64,000 nucleotides of DNA from the human T2T-CHM13v2.0 reference genome, Homo sapiens. Shown piece by piece: positions 57,515 to 64,000 of this stretch (position 1 is the first letter of the stretch; each line of letters starts with the position of its first letter). The position numbers and the translations under genes are program-made. The stretch is from NCBI RefSeq assembly GCF_009914755.1, contig NC_060930.1. The stretch is one strand, 5' to 3'. The notes under the pieces were generated by a model. It saw nothing but the letters and a program-made list of their open reading frames with translations. It had not been told where the DNA came from and did no database searches.

Positions 57515-58110
57515 CAGATTGTATTTTCCTAAAGTGGCCACAGTAATATCCCTCATCTCACATGTCCTTCTGCAGTGTGACCTTGCCACTTTCCCATCAA
57601 GAAGTAGAGGTAATTTTTCCATCCTCTTGAAACAGGCCAGGCCCTGTGACTGCTTTGAATAATACAGTAGGGTAGAAGTGATGTGGTGCCAGTTTGGGGC
57701 ACAGCCCTTAACCAGCCTGGCAGCTTCTACTTCCACCTGGAAGCCAGCCATCCCTATGTAAGAGGTGGGACTATCCAAGGACCACCGTGCTGTGAGAAGC
57801 CCAAGCCACATAGAGGAGCCCTAGAGGATGAGACAGTAGAGAAGGGGATGGGGCTGGGGAGGGAGAAAGAGAAAGAGAGACTAAGATTCTAGGAAGCGCC
57901 CAGGTGCTGCATGTGTGTGTGTGGGGGGCGCCATTTTGGAAGTAGAATCTTCACCCCAGCCTCCCCAGCTAATGTCACATGGAGCAGAGACAAATTACCC
58001 AGCCAAGCTTTTTCCTAGTTCCTGGCCCACAAAATCATGAGCAAAATAAATGCTTGTTTTAAGCCACTAAGTTTTGGGGTAGTTTGTAAACAGCAAGAGG
58101 TAACCAGAAC
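57515..58110 (+). mobile_element. MLT1 (G/H-like) MaLR LTR within L2
   Basis: cagtgtgaccttgccact...gttttaagccactaagttttggggtagtttgt...taaccagaaca. Confidence 0.8.
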
Positions 58111-58256
58111 ACCATCTTCCCAGTTGCCAGACCAAAGACTTCCTGAAGTCATCTTTGACTTTCCTCTTTCTCTAATACTCACATCCAATCTGTAGGCAAA
58201 TGCTGTGCATTTATCTTCAAACTATATCCAGAATATATCCACTCCTCATCACTTCC

Positions 58257-59450
58257 TGTGATATTGTGATTTCTAATAATATACATATTTGTCCTCCCCA
58301 CCCCCCATGGCTGGCAGCCCCTGCATAGCCTCAGGATGGGAGCTGGTCACTAGAATGACCAAGGCAGGATTAGACGGTTGGGACTTTCAGCCCCACCCCC
58401 ATCTCTGGAGAAGGGAGAGGGGCTGATGGTTGAGTTGATCAGCAATGGCTAATGAAGCAATCAATAATGCCTGTGTAATGAAGCCTGAAAAAGCCCCAAA
58501 GAACTCGGGTTGGGAGAGCTTCCAGAGGTCTGAACATGTCCAAGTGCCTGGAGGATGGTGCACCCAGAGAGGGCATGGAGGCTCTGTGCCCCTTCCCACA
58601 TGCCTTGCCCTGTGCATCTCTTCCATCTGGCTGTTCATCTGTATCTTTTATTAAGAAACCAGTAAGCATAAGTGATAGAGTTTGGATATTTGTCCCCTTC
58701 ACATTTTGTTAAAATTTGATCCCCAATGTTGGAGGCGGGGCCTGGTCGGAGGCGTTTGCATCATGGGGGTGGATCCCTCACAAATGGCTTCGTGCCTTCC
58801 TCGCCCTCGTAGTAATGAGTGACTTCTTGCTCTGTTAGTTCCCCCAAAATCTGATTGTTAAAAAGGCCTGGCACCTCCTCCCCACTCACCATATGATGCC
58901 CACCTCCTTTCTCCTTCTGCCAAGATTGGAAGCTTCCTGAAGCCCTCGCCAGAAGCAGATGATGGCACCATGCTTCTGGAACAGCTTGCAGAACTATGAG
59001 CCAAAGTAAATCTATTTTCTTTATAAATTACCCAGTCTCAGGTATTCCTTTATAGCAATGCAAATGGACTAAGACAGTAAGTAAAGTGTTTCTCTGCATT
59101 CTTTTTTTTTTTTCTTGATGGCAACTGTGTTTCTCTGCATTCTGTGAGCTGTTATAGCAAATTAATTGAACCTAAGGAAGGGGTCATGGAAAGCCGCAAT
59201 TTATAACTCGCTGGTCAGAAGTGTGGGTGACAGTATACTAATTGTGACTGGTGTCTGAAGTTGGGGCAGTCTTGAAGGGCTGAGCACTCACCCTGTGGGA
59301 TCTGATGCTACTTCCAGGTAGATGGTGTCAAAAATGAATTGAATTAGAGGACACCTGCTGGCATCCGCTGGAGAATCTGGTGTCAGAGTGTTGTGTTGCA
59401 TGAGAGTAGTGAGCAGGAGAAACACTTGGGCTTTTTTCCTCCCTGTATCT
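58257..59450. mobile_element. MER21-family LTR
   Basis: tgtgatattgtgatt...; cacccagagagggcatggaggctctgtgccccttccc; gaattgaattagaggacacc.gctgg. Confidence 0.8.
58673..59076 (+). mobile_element. MST (MaLR) solo LTR nested in MER21
   Basis: TG...CA ends, tttataaattacccagtctcaggtattcctttatagcaatgcaaatggactaagaca, 5-bp TSD ataag/gtaag. Confidence 0.88.
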
Positions 59451-59505
59451 CCTACTTCCACTGCTGTTGCTCTAGCCTAAGCCCCCACTTTTATTTCTCA
59501 CCCTC

Positions 59506-59876
<371 letters not shown>

Positions 59877-60196
59877 TGACAAAAACCAAGTTAGCCTGTG
59901 CCTCTCCTCTGCTCAGAACCCTCCAGAGGCCTCCGTTGCACTCAGGCCCTGCTCCCTCTAGCCTTGTCCCTCTCTGACGTCACTTCCTACTGTCCTCCCC
60001 CTTGCTCATTTTATTCTGGGGGCACCTGCCTCATGGTTGCTTCTCTGTGCAGCCTCAGGCCCTGCATTTACAGCACATTTTTGCAGAAACACCCTTCTCT
60101 ACGTGGCCGCATGGCTCTCACTGTCACCCCTGCACAGTCCTGATGCAGGTGACACCCGAGTGAAGCCCCTCCTCTTGTTCCCACCTGCCTTGCTAT

Positions 60197-60396
60197 ATAC
60201 ACTCCTATCACCCTTCCCTTCTTCTCCAAACGATTTTTCTTCATAGCATTTGCCAACCAGTGGCAGCCTGGCAACCTGACCCACTGGTTGGTAAATACTA
60301 TGAAGAAAAATAGCATTTGATGGCTTCTCGGCCTTTTGGCTAAGATCGAGTGAAAAATAGCGTTTGGAGAAGCAGGGAAGGGTGATAGGGGTGTAT
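60197..60396. repeat. Inverted repeat, ~67-bp arms, 17-nt spacer; right arm split by the U2 insert
   Basis: 60197-60263 pairs with 60281-60396 once the U2 copy plus one TSD is removed. Confidence 0.93.
60320..60352 (+). pseudogene. 3'-truncated U2 snRNA pseudogene (nt 1-33)
   Basis: ATGGCTTCTCGGCCTTTTGGCTAAGATCGAGTG is 31/33 identical to the U2 5' end ATCGCTTCTCGGCCTTTTGGCTAAGATCAAGTG. 15-bp TSD gaaaaatagc(a/g)tttg at 60305-60319 and 60352-60366. Confidence 0.93.
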
Positions 60397-60408
60397 TCAA
60401 AGTAATTC

Positions 60409-60452
60409 AAAGTAATGGCAAAAACCGCAATTACTTTTGCACCAACTGAATA
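60409..60452. mobile_element. Half MADE1 (Hsmar1 mariner TIR)
   Basis: aaagtaatggcaaaaaccgcaattacttttgcaccaac is one arm of MADE1. Confidence 0.88.
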
Positions 60453-62602
60453 TTTAGTACTGTCTTCTCGCTAGAATGTTGTCTCCAGGGGGCAGAGACT
60501 TTGATCTGTTTTGTTTACAGAAATAACCCTAGAGCCTAGAACAATGCCAGCACCCAGTAGGGGCTCAAATCACACTTGCCCAGTGCGTGAGCCTAACTTT
60601 TCTGAGCCTCAGTTTCTTACTGCAAAATGAGAGAAATTACAGTTGCTTTCAAGGGGTTGTGAGGACTAAATAATAAAAGTTATATGAAGCACATGGTGTT
60701 GGGCCTGGTACAGAATTGCCCCGAGGAGCTGGGCCCGGAGAGGGTACAACTTCCAGTGCCTCTTTAAATAATGCCTATCCTTTTGAGACAAAGAACATAT
60801 TTTTGACATTACCTTTAGGAATTCTTGAGTCATAATGGTGATTAACTCAGAGTCTACGATATATGGACTTTGGGTCGTTTTTCTCTAAGGCGTGTCTTTG
60901 AACTTGAATTTGTTCCATTAAAGTGGCAACTGCTCACTCACACAGCCAGGGCTGGTCCTGTGGGTTCTTCCTGGTGGTGTATGGGATGGACAATGTCACA
61001 ACAGTCAGAGACCTTAGGACTTATCTTCTAATAACCCCACAGTGTCCTCTACTGGTAGGAGAACTGTCCAGCTAAGGGAAATGACATGTCTAAAGCTACA
61101 CAACCGGGTTGGTGGCCGAGTGGGGGCTTACCACATGCCTCTGGACTCTGAGTCTCTGGCTCTTTCTACTCTCCCGATTCCTGAGGGTTAAATAACACCA
61201 AGCAGAGGAGAGTCAGGCCCAGGGAGAAATCTCATCCCTCCCTTGTCCCCTCCGATCCTTTCTTGTTTTGTGTCATTTGTTTGTTTGCACGTTCTAGTAG
61301 TTACCAAGTGACTCTATATGTCACACACAGTGAAGACACGGGCTCTGTCATGGGCTGTGGCAGACATTACCAGGACTCAAACACATGGCTCATGGAAGAC
61401 TCACTTCCCACTTGGGAGGGATTTAGGAGAGAAGCATAATCTTGTAGGGGCTAAAGCACTGAGATTTGGGGGTGGCTTTTTCCCACAGAATAAGCCCACG
61501 CTGACCAACACACAGCTCGTGTTTCAGAAGGAGGAATGAAGACGTTGACATTGATGCAGCATAGATGAGATGATAGAATAATGAAAAAAAAAAAACCCAC
61601 AGCAGAGAGAGTGACCCTCTCCACCTAGCTTGTGGAGAGAGCCACAGGCAGCAATGCTAGGTCAAGTGTGTTTCTCACTTTGGGGCAGTGCTGGGGCCAG
61701 GTCGCAGCCCCAGCTTAGTCACCAATCTTCTGTGTGACCCTGAGCAAGTCACTTTCCCTCCCTGAGCCTCGCGTATGAAACGAGAGGGTTAGAGAGGATA
61801 GCCTCTGAGGTTCTTCCCAGCTCTAAAATTGTTTCAGGAAAGGAAGGGTGAGTTCATCTTGTGAGCTCTTGGTCTGAACTTCCTTCCTCCTGCCGGGCAC
61901 TGGACCTTCTCCTGTGAGTCCACCCAGCCTCATTGGTGAGGATTGATTGAGCAGGACACGAAGGGAAAGAAACAGTTGCTGTTCCAGCTTTTGGCTTCCA
62001 AAACAGTCGTTGAGAATGCGGGGTTTTGTGGAGAGAAGAAAAGACACTTGAAACCATCAAGGGAAGGTGCAGCATAGAATTGTTGCCATGACAACAGCCT
62101 GGGCAGCTCCCCTTTCCCTTCCTGCTCCTCCTTGATTTCCCCACAGCCACCACCCAGGGGGGCAGTAGGGCAGGGATGATGGGAAGGAGCCCGCTGGACG
62201 AGTTTGACCAAATGACTCAGCCTCTGAGGGCCTCAGCCTCCTCCTTGGCAAAATGAGGCTATGGTACCTTGCTCCCTGCTGGCCATGGGTGTCAAGTGGT
62301 AGCATGGGTGTGAAGCACCTGGCACGGGCATGCTCCAAAGCGGGTGGTTGAGGCAATGCGTCCATGCCCAGCCCTGTCACTGCCCTTCCTCAGTGTGACC
62401 TCCCCAGCCGTCCCTGCCTTGTTCATCTGCCTGCTCAGCCTCCCACCTGTCCCAAGGTGAGCGAGATGGAGTTTGGTTTCTGTGGATCACAACTTCTCCC
62501 AGGTTCCAACTCTCTCCCACCCCAAGTGTCTCCACCTACCAACCATTACAATCTCTCAACACCAATAAATGGTAGCTATGGCCTGTTATCAAAAAGGAAG
62601 TC

Positions 62603-63055
<453 letters not shown>

Positions 63056-63074
63056 TCAGTTAAGAAAGCCTCTA

Positions 63075-63282
63075 ATGCGGTGGTTCGCAAACTTCAGTGA
63101 GCATCAGAATCACCTGGAGGGCTGGTTAAAGCGGGGTTTGTCAAAACAGAAATCGCCAGTCTCAGCCCCAGAGCTACTAATGGAATAGGTCTGGGGTGGA
63201 GCCCAAGAATGTGCATTTCTAGTGAGTTCTTAGGTGATGCTGATGCTGCCTGTCCAGGGACAGCCCTTTGAAAACCACTAGC
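63075..63282. mobile_element. MER5A
   Basis: gcatcagaatcacctggagggctggttaaa...gcatttcta...tgatgctgatgctg...tttgaaaaccact. Confidence 0.85.
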
Positions 63283-64000
63283 ATAGAGACCTGCAGAGTG
63301 GCCCAGAACTCTCTTGAGGGTGGCTCAGGGAAGTTCCAGGAGCAGCAGCTCCCCTTCCCCAAGGCCAGGCTGATGCTGCATTGGTTTTTTCTGTTCTCTG
63401 GACTTGGTTGCCCTGGCTGCTCGTGGTACTCATTTTGCCGGGCTCCTGAGCCCAGAGACGTTGGCCTAATTTATGGGACTTGGCAGACACTCAGAGTCTG
63501 AGGAGGACAGAAAACTTCTAACACACTGTACACTGGCTCTGGTGTTTGGGCGTTCTTTATTGCTCACTGGGGAGAATGTGCATGTGGAAAGCCTGTTCCC
63601 TTAGTTGCTGTAAAACTTGGTAATGGAGTGAAATAGCCTGGTTATAGAGTTTCTCGGGGGCTGTGTCTTTGCCCACCCTGGAGCAGGCGGGAGAGGGTCT
63701 CTCTGAAAAGTGCAGGAGCTGGCATTCAATGGCAGTTGGCTGGGACACAAGCGCCCTGTGGGCTGTTTAATGTCATTGTGTACAGTGTCTCCTTGGCCCT
63801 GATTGCTCCCTCTCTCCCCCTCCTCTGTGCCCATTTGGGTGGCCCATGCAGGGGATAGCCATTTAGGCTGTATCTGGTCAGGTAGAGTCATGAAGGCCTG
63901 AATCCCCATCCAGTAGGGTATTGGGAAACTCACGGCAGAAGATGACGATGCACCCAGGCATGGCTCTCCTTCTTGGAGTAGTTGGATAATCACCTCTCTG

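Noticed and set aside
60409-60452. miR-548 family gene
   Set aside because: Only one MADE1 arm is present, so the MADE1 hairpin needed for a miR-548 precursor cannot form.

Overview
Human (primate) genomic DNA. The first ~17 kb is the 3' end of CDC5L on the + strand: most of a long late intron, the last two coding exons (12289-12501 and 13241-13345, encoding the C-terminal ...[11 protein letters not shown]...LKSKF*), and the 3' UTR. The intronic hairpin MIR4642 is at 2275-2356. The remaining ~47 kb is intergenic, becomes more GC-rich from about 36 kb, and is dominated by interspersed repeats (Alu, L1, L2, MIR, CR1/L3, MaLR/ERV LTRs, Tigger/hAT/mariner DNA transposons) plus a 27-bp minisatellite. 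No other protein-coding gene is supported; almost all ORFs in the track derive from repeats or chance. I found no evidence of a new multi-gene system. Three features stand out. (1) Five fold-back inverted duplications, one of which is the known miRNA hairpin and one of which has a perfect 42-bp stem. (2) Three very small TSD-flanked retro-insertions: a tRNA-Gly(TCC) 5' half, U2 nt 1-33, and a 13-nt+poly(A) orphan. (3) A 36-bp inverted templated copy of an L1/Alu junction. Repeat subfamily names are recalled by eye, not from a RepeatMasker run, and repeat boundaries are approximate.
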